Assembly (NCBI GenBank): GCA_900555035.1
Contig: USJX01000001.1
Location: forward strand, 15,740-79,739
Length of the DNA stretch: 64,000 nucleotides
From: an uncultured Prevotella sp.
Lineage (GTDB): Bacteria > Bacteroidota > Bacteroidia > Bacteroidales > Bacteroidaceae
Reading direction: 5' to 3'
The notes beneath the pieces were generated by a model that ran no database searches, had not been told where the DNA came from, and saw only the letters and a list, made by a program, of their open reading frames with translations. This document shows, in pieces, positions 49,907 to 59,900 of the stretch (position 1 is its first letter; every line of letters begins with the position of its first letter). Made by a program: the position numbers and the translations under genes.

Positions 49907-50458
49907 ATGAAGGTAACAAGAGAACAAATTTTGGCGATTATGCCGAACGCAAAGGATAAGGTGGATGCTTTTCTGCCTTACATCAATGGCTATGCAGATA
50001 CGTATAAGATTACGACCCCAAAGCGCATGGCGCACTTCTTGGCTCAGATAGCGCATGAGAGCGGTGAACTGAGATATACTAAGGAGTTGGGCAATAGAAA
50101 CTATTTCCACATGTATGACGTTGGCAAGTTGAAGAATATGCTCGGCAACCTGAAAGATGGTGACGGCTACAAGTACCGTGGCAGGGGCTTGATTCAGATT
50201 ACTGGCAGGGCGAACTATCAGGCTTTGCAGAAAAGCAAGGAGGTGACTGAGGATATTATGGAGCATCCTGAGTTGCTGGAGCATCCTAGATATGCTACCA
50301 AGTCTGCCATGTGGTGGTGGTGGAAACATGGCTTGAACGAGAAGGCTGATATTGATAGCTTTACCGTTATCACCAAGACGATTAATGGCGGAACCTATGG
50401 TATGGAGTCGAGACGAAAGTACTTGAAGCGTGCCAAGGCTGCGCTAAAGGTAAAATAA
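49907..50458 (+). CDS. GH19 chitinase-like endolysin
   Basis: FLAQIAHESG, YRGRGLIQITGRANY, TKTINGG motifs. Confidence 0.92.
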   Translation: MKVTREQILAIMPNAKDKVDAFLPYINGYADTYKITTPKRMAHFLAQIAHESGELRYTKELGNRNYFHMYDVGKLKNMLGNLKDGDGYKYRGRGLIQITGRANYQALQKSKEVTEDIMEHPELLEHPRYATKSAMWWWWKHGLNEKADIDSFTVITKTINGGTYGMESRRKYLKRAKAALKVK

Positions 50459-50469
50459 GAGAAAGGGCT

Positions 50470-51012
50470 ATGCTTATGCGGTTAAACTGGTATAGCGAAC
50501 AGATATGGAGCAGACTGGCACTAGCCATCATCGTGGGATTGGTGGCGGTGTCATTGTTTGCAGGATGCAGGAGTTCGTTCCACACGATGAAACAGGAAGT
50601 TTCACGGCATGAAACAGACAGTTCAACCAGTGGAACAAAACAGAATGTCTTGGCATGGGATTCTATCGTTAAGCGTGATTGCACCTACGTAAAGGATAGC
50701 GTGTCAACGAGGAATGAGGGAGATACCATTTTTGTTGACCGCTGGCACTGGGAGTATATCTATGATTTCTTCCATCTGGAGAAGATGAACTTGGAGACCA
50801 ATCAGCAGCAGGATTTTCGGTTTATCGCAAGGGCTGATACCATCAAGATTCCATACAAAGTAGAGCGGAATCTGACGAAGTGGGAGGAGTTTGAATTGAA
50901 GTATGCAGCATGGGCGATGGGAGCAACCTGCGTGCTTCTCGTTTTGTTTGGGTTTGTAATATATAGGAGAATCAAGAATGCGAGATATACGTATATCAAT
51001 CAACCGAGATGA
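50470..51012 (+). CDS. Putative spanin (lipoprotein with C-terminal TM)
   Basis: LFAGC lipobox and C-terminal hydrophobic helix; follows endolysin. Confidence 0.65.
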   Translation: MLMRLNWYSEQIWSRLALAIIVGLVAVSLFAGCRSSFHTMKQEVSRHETDSSTSGTKQNVLAWDSIVKRDCTYVKDSVSTRNEGDTIFVDRWHWEYIYDFFHLEKMNLETNQQQDFRFIARADTIKIPYKVERNLTKWEEFELKYAAWAMGATCVLLVLFGFVIYRRIKNARYTYINQPR

Positions 51013-51427
51013 GGTGTATGAGGAGGTGGCTAAGACCACGGCTTACATCGGTGGAAAGAACTTGGATGCAAACGGAAAGAGTCTGTATGACCAAGTGTTT
51101 GTGACGGATGCGGATAGGGAAATGCTGGAAGGATATTGGAACGCTGCCATTGGTGACGTTTCCGTAGCCTTGGATAGTGTTCTTGCGTATCAGAATAGTT
51201 ATTCAGGAGAAGAGGAAACCTTTGGGTTGAGGGTAAGCAATCTTTTCAAGGATTCGTTGGTGAAGACCTTGGAAACAACTGCTTTCAGCTATGTAGTAAA
51301 CAAGATAGTAGCAGAATGGTGCTTGGTAGTTTATAAGGATAAAGCGGAAGACTATCTCAGCAAGGCAAATGATTTGCTGGTGAAGATGGATGCTATACTC
51401 TATATGCGTAAAAGACCAACAAGATAG
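50978..51427 (+). CDS. Putative head-tail connector
   Basis: Helical; similar C-terminal pattern to next gene. Confidence 0.5.
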   Translation: MRDIRISINRDEVYEEVAKTTAYIGGKNLDANGKSLYDQVFVTDADREMLEGYWNAAIGDVSVALDSVLAYQNSYSGEEETFGLRVSNLFKDSLVKTLETTAFSYVVNKIVAEWCLVVYKDKAEDYLSKANDLLVKMDAILYMRKRPTR

Positions 51428-51438
51428 GAGAGTAGGAT

Positions 51439-51987
51439 ATGAAACATTGCAATAAGGGCTATAAAGTGATGATAGAGTTGGAAAAGAAGGAGTTGATATA
51501 CGACATCAAGAATACGGCTTTTTCTTTTGCTGACTCTTATGCTAGCCAGAAGAATATGGATGCCAAGCAGTTGAAGAATGTGTTTGACGTATCTGAGGAA
51601 GGCAACCGTGATAAACTGGCTAGGATATTGGATTCATCCGTGGAGGATTGCAGGGAAATGCTTTTCCGCTTTACCAAGGTAGAAATGCTATGTGGCGGCT
51701 TTGACTCGAACGAGTGGGCAGAGTGCATCGGTTCTCCTTCCAATGAGGAGGAGAATTACTACTTGGCGATGAGAATGCCGCAAGGATTCTCGAAAACAAG
51801 TGTGCATACCATGACGGTATATATACACGATTATATTGTGAACCAATGTCTATATGAGTGGCTGATGGTTGTTTTTCCTGATGGTGCTGATAGGTTCTGG
51901 GCTTTGGCTGAGGATAAGAAACAGAAGATTCAGGCGGCTAGCAATCGCTCGGCAAACCGTCCGAGAATTGCATTGCATCTATTTTAA
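51439..51987 (+). CDS. Putative head-tail connector
   Basis: HDYIVNQCLYEW similar to FSYVVNKIVAEW of upstream gene. Confidence 0.5.
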   Translation: MKHCNKGYKVMIELEKKELIYDIKNTAFSFADSYASQKNMDAKQLKNVFDVSEEGNRDKLARILDSSVEDCREMLFRFTKVEMLCGGFDSNEWAECIGSPSNEEENYYLAMRMPQGFSKTSVHTMTVYIHDYIVNQCLYEWLMVVFPDGADRFWALAEDKKQKIQAASNRSANRPRIALHLF

Positions 51988-52019
51988 TGTATTAGTCGTT
52001 TTAGATTAACAATAAAATC

Positions 52020-52053
52020 AAGGGTAGCTATCCATCACGGACTGCTACCCTTT
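52020..52053. terminator. Bidirectional terminator
   Basis: aagggtagc...gctacccttt between convergent genes. Confidence 0.75.
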
Positions 52054-52078
52054 ATTGTATTAAATGACAATAAAATAT

Positions 52079-54703
52079 TTATCTAAGTTTGTTCTGCAAT
52101 CGAGCGATAAAGTCAGTAGATATACTGCTGATAGACTCGTTTGCGCTTATATTTCCCATTATGATGATTCTGAAATACTTGTATGGTGAACCAACAAGGT
52201 TTCTCAGGAATATATCTGTAGAAGAACCGATAAAGTACCAATATACCATATCGTTGCTACCGAAAAGAACCATACCGCATTTTCCGCTATCGAATGTCCA
52301 GAAACCAGCCCTTGTGATGCAGTTGAACATCGTCTTGTATATATTCTTATACCCAAGAGATAAAGGGCGGCTACAGAGAAAATACGGCACACTATCCGTT
52401 GGATTCTGTACATGAGCGTTGACTATCGAACCATCTTTGTCTATAGCATACGCCTCTGGATAGATGTTAATTCGGTTACGGAATGGGCTGTGCATGGTTC
52501 CCCACATCTGACTCTTCAAGGAATACACATAAGCATAGGTGTAGTTCGGGTTGAAGACAATGATTCGGCTATCGTAATAGTCGTAAATCATTTCTGATTC
52601 TTTGAGATACTTACGGAACGTTTCGTAATCAACATCAGATTCAGGGATATTTCCCATTTCGAGGAGTGCGCTGGTAAACTTCTTGGCTCCTGTTGGTTCT
52701 GATTCTCTCTTCACTTCCCCTTTGTACATGGATAGGAATTTGAACGGATAAAAATCTATTGCATCCGTGATACAGATGGAGTTTCTTCCCTGCTGCATCA
52801 TGATGCCCTTATCTGTAGGGAACAGAACAGCATCATCTATCTGTAGGATTCCTTTCGGGTTGGAGCAGATGTCTCGGCTCGCTGGCTGGCGAGTCTGATA
52901 TGTTCCTTCCTCTCCAAGCATCAATACCCACACACCTTCATCGGTGAAGGCATAGAGCGGAGCTTCACCAAACTGACCTTCACTGATAGGTCGGGTGTTG
53001 GCGGCTAGTGCTTGGATGATGGCAGAACCCACCTGAACACTATTCTTGGCAGGAAAGACGAGAGGGTTCTCAGCTTCGCTTACTCTGATTAGTGAAGGAG
53101 AGTAATTTCCTTTTGAAGAAGAACTGAGGAAATCAGATACCTTCTCTTTCAGGTTGTTCCAATCATCTTGTGTCACTACTTCACTGGTTACTCCTGATTC
53201 AACAAAAATGATGTCTCCTGCTGATATTTTTACATAGAAAGACAGACCGAACGAAGGTGGGCTATACAGATTGTATTTGTATCGGGCATAGCCAGCGAGT
53301 TCTGAGAACTTGATTGTGACGTATATCATCTTTACATCACTTATCGGTACAGAGATAATTTTGGCAGTCGTATCAAAGTAACCTGAGAGATAATAAGTTC
53401 CATTGTTCGTGATTATCTCATAGATGGCTTCCTCATAGTTTCCATCTGAATAGGTAGGCTGAATGATAAGAGAATTATCTATGTTCTTTCTGACACCAGC
53501 GACATGCAGGCGGTTGTTGTATGTGATAGCTGTATCGCCACCGAAATCAATTCTATTGAGGTCGGCAAGAGATATGCTCTCTTCCGTGCGGTAAGGTCTT
53601 TTGAGCGTTTGTCTATGCTCGAAACTTCCTACTGGTATGAATAATGAGTGATAGAAAGACAGATTTCCAATGGCTTCATGCCAGTCTTTTTCAGATAAAT
53701 CATTAAGGTTTATCCAATCTGTAGTCTGAGGGTCTGACTGAACCTCGTATGCTTTATCCAACTGGAAGAAACTTTCACCATCTGAAAGATATATATCTAC
53801 TCCCTGAATCAAGTCTTCAATACCATTAATGTTTCCTATCATTCTTACCTCAATATCAAACTTATTGAAATTGACTCCCGATATGATAGTCTTGCCATTA
53901 GGTGCAGTAGGTTTTACCACATTTCTATATATATTTATTCTTCTAGAATCGTGGTTTCCGTCATTGTGAGGAAGAACGAAAGGATTTGAAATATTGATGT
54001 ATGTACCGTCATAGAGTCTCATGGCAGCTACGCCAATTACGTTTCTCTTGAAGTAATCAATGCCAAACTCTTCCAACTTCTTGTTGGCTATAGCATCAAG
54101 GTCATTAAACATCTTCCTAGTACCAGAAGCGGTGGTCGTTGTTATGACACGTAGTTCTTCTTTTGTTTCTGCTATATATAAGAAGTATTTCCAAAAATCA
54201 TCCCCAGCTTCCACCTTTAAAGAAACGTTTCCGCTATTGTATGTATTGGTGATTTCAATTCCATATTGAAGGTTGCTTCTGTCAAGAACACTATATGAAT
54301 TTTTGTTCCAAAAAGCATATTTCACGGAATTGTCACCCACAAAGCAGATAACGTTTCCGATGGCAGTAACAGAGTTGGCTTGGAATCCTTGAAGAGCGGA
54401 TAAATAACCTCTTCTTTCGTCTTCCTGATAACTCTCGAACCAAGTCCATTCTCTTAATTCAGAATTATAGCATATATAATGAAGATGGATGCTATCATCA
54501 TGTGTTACCTTATGCACGAACTCAATCTTTTCGTTAGCTCCGATGGTAACGTTGTCGTTAACATATACTGGCTGGTGAATAGGGTGGAGTGCCCCATCCT
54601 CATTGATGAGGTTGAGGCAGGTTGCCAACTCTCCATCTTGGCAATCATAGTCGGATGGAGAGTTTGTTAAACCTAGAAATTTAACATCTTGCTTTTCGCT
54701 CAT
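52079..54703 (-). CDS. Putative tail nozzle/stabilisation (beta-propeller) protein
   Basis: 874 aa; DGELATCLNL N-terminus, GQFGEAPLYAFTDEGVW, beta-rich; own late-type promoter. Confidence 0.65.
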   Translation of the reverse strand: MSEKQDVKFLGLTNSPSDYDCQDGELATCLNLINEDGALHPIHQPVYVNDNVTIGANEKIEFVHKVTHDDSIHLHYICYNSELREWTWFESYQEDERRGYLSALQGFQANSVTAIGNVICFVGDNSVKYAFWNKNSYSVLDRSNLQYGIEITNTYNSGNVSLKVEAGDDFWKYFLYIAETKEELRVITTTTASGTRKMFNDLDAIANKKLEEFGIDYFKRNVIGVAAMRLYDGTYINISNPFVLPHNDGNHDSRRINIYRNVVKPTAPNGKTIISGVNFNKFDIEVRMIGNINGIEDLIQGVDIYLSDGESFFQLDKAYEVQSDPQTTDWINLNDLSEKDWHEAIGNLSFYHSLFIPVGSFEHRQTLKRPYRTEESISLADLNRIDFGGDTAITYNNRLHVAGVRKNIDNSLIIQPTYSDGNYEEAIYEIITNNGTYYLSGYFDTTAKIISVPISDVKMIYVTIKFSELAGYARYKYNLYSPPSFGLSFYVKISAGDIIFVESGVTSEVVTQDDWNNLKEKVSDFLSSSSKGNYSPSLIRVSEAENPLVFPAKNSVQVGSAIIQALAANTRPISEGQFGEAPLYAFTDEGVWVLMLGEEGTYQTRQPASRDICSNPKGILQIDDAVLFPTDKGIMMQQGRNSICITDAIDFYPFKFLSMYKGEVKRESEPTGAKKFTSALLEMGNIPESDVDYETFRKYLKESEMIYDYYDSRIIVFNPNYTYAYVYSLKSQMWGTMHSPFRNRINIYPEAYAIDKDGSIVNAHVQNPTDSVPYFLCSRPLSLGYKNIYKTMFNCITRAGFWTFDSGKCGMVLFGSNDMVYWYFIGSSTDIFLRNLVGSPYKYFRIIIMGNISANESISSISTDFIARLQNKLR

Positions 54704-54706
54704 ATC

Positions 54707-55126
54707 TTACTTTAATGAATTGGGGTTCATGATTTCGTAATAGGGTTCACCCTTGTACGATATTCGTGGGATGCAGGTAAGACGCACCATCTTGTTGAGC
54801 GGAAGATTGTACTCGTCAAGGATGGCGGTGATGGAAGGTAAATCACTTCTGAATCCAACCTTATTGTGCTCATGATTGAACTGAATCTGAGTGAAGGCGG
54901 TGTTGGCTTTTCTAAGTTCTTCCCAGTCCTCACGCATACAGAATCCGTAAGTACCTCTTTTAGATAATCGGAAAACGAAGATAGAGAAGTCTGTACGCTC
55001 CTTCTGCATGATGTGGTCATAGATGCCCTTAGAGAGCGTGACCGAGTTTGCCATTCCATCCAGCACCACAAAGTTGTTGCGGTGAATGAAGGCTTGAACC
55101 TTATCTTTTAGATATTTGAATTTCAT
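54707..55126 (-). CDS. Hypothetical late protein
   Basis: Directly after late-type promoter. Confidence 0.65.
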   Translation of the reverse strand: MKFKYLKDKVQAFIHRNNFVVLDGMANSVTLSKGIYDHIMQKERTDFSIFVFRLSKRGTYGFCMREDWEELRKANTAFTQIQFNHEHNKVGFRSDLPSITAILDEYNLPLNKMVRLTCIPRISYKGEPYYEIMNPNSLK

Positions 55127-55130
55127 TCTG

Positions 55131-55173
55131 CAAATATAATATGAATTTATGTATTGTCGGTTTTATGCGTTAA
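55131..55173 (-). promoter_or_regulatory. Late-type promoter (one mismatch) embedded in end of upstream gene
   Basis: TTAACGCATAAA (55162-55173)-N23-TATATTTG (55131-55138). Confidence 0.75.
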
Positions 55174-55422
55174 CATTTTACGTCTTTTATTTTTTGCTGC
55201 TATCATATTACGGGCGTTCTCCTTGGATTTCTCTCTGCGAAGACAGCCGCATGATTTAGTGAGTCCTGATAGCAGGGCTGAACTGAGTACTTTCGTTCCT
55301 CTGCCACAATCGCACTTGCATATCCAATACACTCCGTTTCTTGCTCCACGCTTGGGAGGTTCACGGCGGCAGACGAGTAGTCTGCCGAACCTTTGTCCTG
55401 TGAGGTCATTCATCTTTGCCAT
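55147..55422 (-). CDS. Zn-ribbon module of HNH/AP2-type proteins, lacking nuclease domain
   Basis: DLTGQRFGRL..WICKCDCG..KSCGC. Confidence 0.75.
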   Translation of the reverse strand: MAKMNDLTGQRFGRLLVCRREPPKRGARNGVYWICKCDCGRGTKVLSSALLSGLTKSCGCLRREKSKENARNMIAAKNKRRKMLTHKTDNT

Positions 55423-55423
55423 G

Positions 55424-55720
55424 TTACTTATCAGCTAGTTTCTTTGCCTCTTCAACTGATACTGGCTTTCCGCTGAGAGGAACACGAAAGTCGAACTTTG
55501 AACGGAAAGCGTAATAACCTACGAAATCGAAGCTCTTTTTCATACGCTCGTCTGTGGTGATATACTTCTTGTAAGCCTTCACCTCCTTCTCTGAGCGGTA
55601 GATGGTGGAGTTGACGAAGTAGGAACTGGTTCCCTTGTTAGCGATAACTGCGATAAAGAACTGCTTGCCAAGGAACTTCTCCTTGATGCGCTGAATAATT
55701 GAGATTTTCTTTGTATTCAT
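55424..55720 (-). CDS. Hypothetical phage protein
   Basis: Tightly packed leftward operon. Confidence 0.65.
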   Translation of the reverse strand: MNTKKISIIQRIKEKFLGKQFFIAVIANKGTSSYFVNSTIYRSEKEVKAYKKYITTDERMKKSFDFVGYYAFRSKFDFRVPLSGKPVSVEEAKKLADK

Positions 55721-55773
55721 ATTAAAATTTGATTAATTATTAAGAATAATGCAGATAGGCTGCACTCTTTATA

Positions 55774-55965
55774 CTATTCGATTCCACAAGATACGATACC
55801 ATCTTCTTTGTTGATTCCTCGGAAGAACTGGCATCGCTGGCAAGCAAGGCTACCAACATATAGTATTTCGTTGGTGTACTTGCCGTATATGCCGAAGGGG
55901 CAGGGAGTGGTGTACTCGAAGTGACCTCCGACATATTCATTGACGTTAAATTTTGGATATTTCAT
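55774..55965 (-). CDS. Small Cys-containing hypothetical protein
   Basis: CP..VGS.AC..C..F pattern. Confidence 0.6.
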   Translation of the reverse strand: MKYPKFNVNEYVGGHFEYTTPCPFGIYGKYTNEILYVGSLACQRCQFFRGINKEDGIVSCGIE

Positions 55966-55968
55966 TGT

Positions 55969-56346
55969 TTAATTGTTTGTATTCTTTGTTTTTCCGTCTG
56001 CCATATCATCGCCAAGAATATCTTTGATTTTCTTTTCGATGTACTCATCAGATGTAAGTTTCTTTATAAGAGAATCAATGTCTGGTAATTCTGCATCGAC
56101 TTCATCTTCCTTCACTTTTGAGGCAATGAAGCCATTCAGTGCTTTCCCCCATTCGCTATTGGCTACGTCTGCCAATGAATCCTTTTGGATTTCATAGGCT
56201 TTCTTCAACTCTCCGTTATCACGGAAATATCTGAGCACTTCCGTCAATGCAACGACAAAGTTCTTGTCTAGCATCGGGTTAATCTTTGCCTCTTCCAGTT
56301 TAAGCATCAGGAAGAGTAATGATGATTGTAAATCTGTTTTATACAT
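55969..56346 (-). CDS. Hypothetical phage protein
   Basis: Operonic spacing. Confidence 0.6.
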   Translation of the reverse strand: MYKTDLQSSLLFLMLKLEEAKINPMLDKNFVVALTEVLRYFRDNGELKKAYEIQKDSLADVANSEWGKALNGFIASKVKEDEVDAELPDIDSLIKKLTSDEYIEKKIKDILGDDMADGKTKNTNN

Positions 56347-56348
56347 AA

Positions 56349-56582
56349 TTATTTCTTTTTACGACAAGGACAGCTCTCTGCATGAATAACGCAAACTCCG
56401 TGTTTCGTGTCCACAACCAGATAATCGTGCCCTTCCTCTGTGAATACTGACGTACCAATCTTCTTTGCAGGCTCATTGCTATCAGTCAACGAAAGAACGC
56501 CTCTAAATATCAATACACCTACAAACATACACAAGACGAACCAAACGGCTGACATGGCTAAGTTTAAAATCTTATTCTTCAT
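56349..56582 (-). CDS. Small membrane-anchored protein
   Basis: N-terminal TM, C-terminal GHDY..H.ESCPC; likely start 56582. Confidence 0.6.
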   Translation of the reverse strand: MKNKILNLAMSAVWFVLCMFVGVLIFRGVLSLTDSNEPAKKIGTSVFTEEGHDYLVVDTKHGVCVIHAESCPCRKKK

Positions 56583-56711
56583 CTTCACACATTTTATTCC
56601 ATATATTAACACACTCAACGAACTCTTCGACTTCTTCTATACTATTCAATATAATAGTAATGCTTCCATCTTCGTTCCAGTGCTGATTACTTACATCTAC
56701 CATAACTATTC

Positions 56712-56963
56712 TTATTTAAGTTCTACTGGCTCATCGCTCCAAGATAACTCTCTTTCGATAAGTTTTTTAATAGTGCCTTTAGGGAGAGTGATTTTATCAT
56801 CAGGATAATCATTTATTAACCACTTGAGTTCTTTTGTTTTACACTCAAGGTCTCCGAATGGATTGCCAAGTATTGACATTTCATCATCATAAATATTGCT
56901 TCTGATTGGGTGTGAAGCGAAAATACTTTCTCTTCCATTATAATCTACCGCTAACCATGCCAT
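56712..56963 (-). CDS. Hypothetical phage protein
   Basis: MAWLAVD..LPKGTIKKLI..LSWSDEPVEL. Confidence 0.65.
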   Translation of the reverse strand: MAWLAVDYNGRESIFASHPIRSNIYDDEMSILGNPFGDLECKTKELKWLINDYPDDKITLPKGTIKKLIERELSWSDEPVELK

Positions 56964-57352
56964 AACAATTCCTCCACTTTTACACCGAATGGAAGTCTGT
57001 CGGCAAAGGTGAAATATTCAAACACCTCATTAAAAGAACATGCACCCCCATTATAAACTTCGACACAACCTCTTGAATCTACATTTTCAATTATTAATTT
57101 ATTACCACTTTTATCTTTTAGCCACCCAAACGGCTGGTGCTTCAACATTTCCTGCCAGCACTCTTCTGCGTCCTTAAAAGGGCGGTACTTTGACACTGGC
57201 TTGATGCGGTACTCAAAATCACCATCAAAGCTTGGGTCTTCATCATCATACCAAAGTGATGTATCACCTTTAATACATCTGCTTTGTATTGCTTTGCCAT
57301 CTGCAAAAGCTGTCAAAATTGGCAAAATTTCCTTAACTTGTTTTCTGTCCAT
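56951..57352 (-). CDS. Hypothetical phage protein
   Basis: YRIKP..YRPFK.AEECW.EM..H.PFGW. Confidence 0.65.
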   Translation of the reverse strand: MDRKQVKEILPILTAFADGKAIQSRCIKGDTSLWYDDEDPSFDGDFEYRIKPVSKYRPFKDAEECWQEMLKHQPFGWLKDKSGNKLIIENVDSRGCVEVYNGGACSFNEVFEYFTFADRLPFGVKVEELLWHG

Positions 57353-57355
57353 ATT

Positions 57356-57499
57356 CTAGTCATACAACTCTTTTTGAATATCATCTAACCATTCTAATAC
57401 CATGTCTGCTGATACAGATGGGTCGAATAGATTCTTTTTTCTATCATACATTTCTCTACGAATATGAATGATTTCGTTTATTGCTGTTGTTGTGCTCAT
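57356..57499 (-). CDS. 47-aa hypothetical protein (not in ORF track)
   Basis: MSTTTAINEII...ELYD; ATGA overlap with upstream ORF. Confidence 0.5.
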   Translation of the reverse strand: MSTTTAINEIIHIRREMYDRKKNLFDPSVSADMVLEWLDDIQKELYD

Positions 57500-57657
57500 T
57501 GCTTATCCTCCTTTGCGTTACACGTTGCTTGGTCTCCTTCATAGTAAGGAGCACCGACTTTATGTAATATCTGAGTGTTCCTATTACAGAAACATTGTGC
57601 TACCCAAGGTGAGTTTACCTTTCCACATCTAGGGCATATCCATCCTTCTTGTGCCAT
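57496..57657 (-). CDS. 53-aa Zn-finger-like protein (not in ORF track)
   Basis: MAQEGWICPRCGKVNSPWVAQCFC. Confidence 0.55.
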   Translation of the reverse strand: MAQEGWICPRCGKVNSPWVAQCFCNRNTQILHKVGAPYYEGDQATCNAKEDKQ

Positions 57658-58143
57658 ATTGCATTTAACTTTTATCCTTATTTAATTTAAACTGCTTTGA
57701 TAAGAATGAATCATTCTTTATCAAAGCAGTCTTTAATTTTTATTTTCTTCATATTATCTATTTATACCCGAAGGAAGTTCACTAACCAGAATCACATTAT
57801 CATTTGTTACGTTTATTCCCTTAACTACATATAATTTGTCCCCATACTGAAAGCAGACATTTCGTTTACCTAGAGACTCAATACTTTTGCTACTTGTTCT
57901 GATGTCATACTCTATTTATTTATACCCAAAGGAGTTAAACATTACTTTGTTGTCATACTCAACAATATCACATTCAATATATTTCTGTGCCATACGCTTA
58001 CTTTTTACGATGATAAACATGAAGTGCTTTTGCCACTCTTTGGTCTTCTTTCCAACCTAAACCAGCTTTAACTACTCTGTTCAGCCAATATCTATTTTTC
58101 TTCTTTTCGGAACCAAGAAGTATCTTGTTAGCTAGTCTTGCTT

Positions 58144-58521
58144 TCATTGCTCACCTCCTTCCTGCTTTGGCAGTAAATCATCAACATAAAGCCAATATTC
58201 ATTGATACTAATTAAATTCTTCCAACTCATATGGTCCTTATCATAAAATACCATTCTAATTTGATGATTATACTGCAATATATATAAAGCGGCAAATCCG
58301 TAATGGTTAAATTCTTTTGGTTTCTCATTAGCAGGATGCCACAAGTCTTTAATAAACTCATTGATAGCCCACTTAGCACCTAGTCCAATGGCTTCTTTGA
58401 TGTCCTCTTTGCAGAACATTTCCTCTTTAGCATCATTATCGAATGCTACTTCTTCGCCATTTAACAGAAATCTATCTTCATAGATTTCTTCCTTGGCTTC
58501 TTCTACTTTCTTATCTATCAT
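58144..58521 (-). CDS. Hypothetical phage protein
   Basis: GAKWA..LWHPANEKP..WLYVDDLLP; likely start 58521. Confidence 0.6.
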   Translation of the reverse strand: MIDKKVEEAKEEIYEDRFLLNGEEVAFDNDAKEEMFCKEDIKEAIGLGAKWAINEFIKDLWHPANEKPKEFNHYGFAALYILQYNHQIRMVFYDKDHMSWKNLISINEYWLYVDDLLPKQEGGEQ

Positions 58522-58657
58522 ATTATTAAGTTTTATAATGACCTCCACGACCAGTATTGTGCTGGGGTTAAGAAGGTATATGGGCATAAAGCCTTGACTT
58601 ACTTTCGCTCATTCTGTGTCGTGGAAGTTGTATCATTCAAAATTTGCTGTAGCCATA

Positions 58658-58843
58658 TTATTTCACTCTCTTAAATTGAACATTCTTACCGTCTTTTCTT
58701 GTGCTTGCGCTACAGTTAAAATCACCGCAAACATTTTCATAAATGTTACTACATATCTCATTGAAAAAGCAGCCATTGCATTCTTCTTTCTCGGTCTCAA
58801 CCACCTTTAAGATGATTTCTGCCCCAATAGATAAATCTTCCAT
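58658..58843 (-). CDS. Small Cys-rich hypothetical protein
   Basis: CNGCFF..C..C..RKDG. Confidence 0.6.
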   Translation of the reverse strand: MEDLSIGAEIILKVVETEKEECNGCFFNEICSNIYENVCGDFNCSASTRKDGKNVQFKRVK

Positions 58844-58848
58844 ACGCT

Positions 58849-59049
58849 TTAATTTCTAATTATGTGACACTTGACGACCTTGTTTACTGCAAGAGGTTGC
58901 GAATTATTAAAATTCTCAATGAACTGACGTTCCATCTGCTCAGGGAAGATTGGCTTGGTGGGCTTCGGGATGGTGATGGTAGCTTGGATTTTGCTACCAT
59001 CACTCAAAGTCATTAAACATCTTCTTTGAATCTGTTCTATTCCAAACAT
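58849..59049 (-). CDS. Hypothetical phage protein
   Basis: Operonic; likely start 59049. Confidence 0.55.
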   Translation of the reverse strand: MFGIEQIQRRCLMTLSDGSKIQATITIPKPTKPIFPEQMERQFIENFNNSQPLAVNKVVKCHIIRN

Positions 59050-59060
59050 ATTATTTCCTC

Positions 59061-59669
59061 CTAATATAAGCATCCGTGAAGGTACGGACGAGATTCGTTA
59101 TACTGCATTTTCAATTTGATGTGCTCTACTATGTCTATGCCTTCTGCGTGGGCTAGGGCGAAGACTTGCACCAGAATATCCTGCAAGCGTAGCGTGTTCA
59201 TCCATGCTGGTGAGCAGGAGAAGGGAAAGTAGGTGATGCGAGTGATGATGAGGTACATGGCTGTAGGAAGGCAATAGTTTCCATGCTCAAACTCTACCTT
59301 GTGAAACTCTTCTGTCTTTTTGAGTTCGGTGTCATTCATCAGACAGATTGTATTCTGAGAGTCATACCATCCTAAAAGCGAAATGATACGTAGAGTTATG
59401 TCTGCAAACTCTGACTCTACGGTTCCTTCCAATGATTCCTCGTAGGCAACATGCTCATCTGATACTTCTAGATACGTGTTGTAGCCGTCTATGCTTCCGT
59501 GGAGGTTGTGACGGCTGGCTTGAATGGCTTCGCCCATTTCTGTGATGATGAGCATTAACTCTTTGTTGATGTCTAAATCTGGCTTATAAAAGCCCTTGGC
59601 TTTGGCATTTTCGTATGCCTTGGTCATAAACTGCTTTAGCAGTTGCTGTGTGAGTGGTGTTTGTTCCAT
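59061..59669 (-). CDS. MazG-like nucleotide pyrophosphohydrolase
   Basis: LIITEMGEA..ESEFAD..KMQYN..RPY.HG. Confidence 0.75.
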   Translation of the reverse strand: MEQTPLTQQLLKQFMTKAYENAKAKGFYKPDLDINKELMLIITEMGEAIQASRHNLHGSIDGYNTYLEVSDEHVAYEESLEGTVESEFADITLRIISLLGWYDSQNTICLMNDTELKKTEEFHKVEFEHGNYCLPTAMYLIITRITYFPFSCSPAWMNTLRLQDILVQVFALAHAEGIDIVEHIKLKMQYNESRPYLHGCLY

Positions 59670-59900
59670 ATCTTTTCTATTGTTTATTTTTACGATTTAC
59701 TGAAAGTGAATGCCATGTCGTTGAGGGTTTTACACCAATTTATCTTGCCTTCTGCGCATAACTCGTTGATGGCTTGATAAGGTTTATGAAATCCTCTGTT
59801 GATGATTTCGGCTGTGAGGACGTGGGGCGGAATGATGTGTTCTGTTTCACGCTCTGCCTGAATCTCAGCGATGATGTCTAGGATTTGTTCTTTTTCTGTC

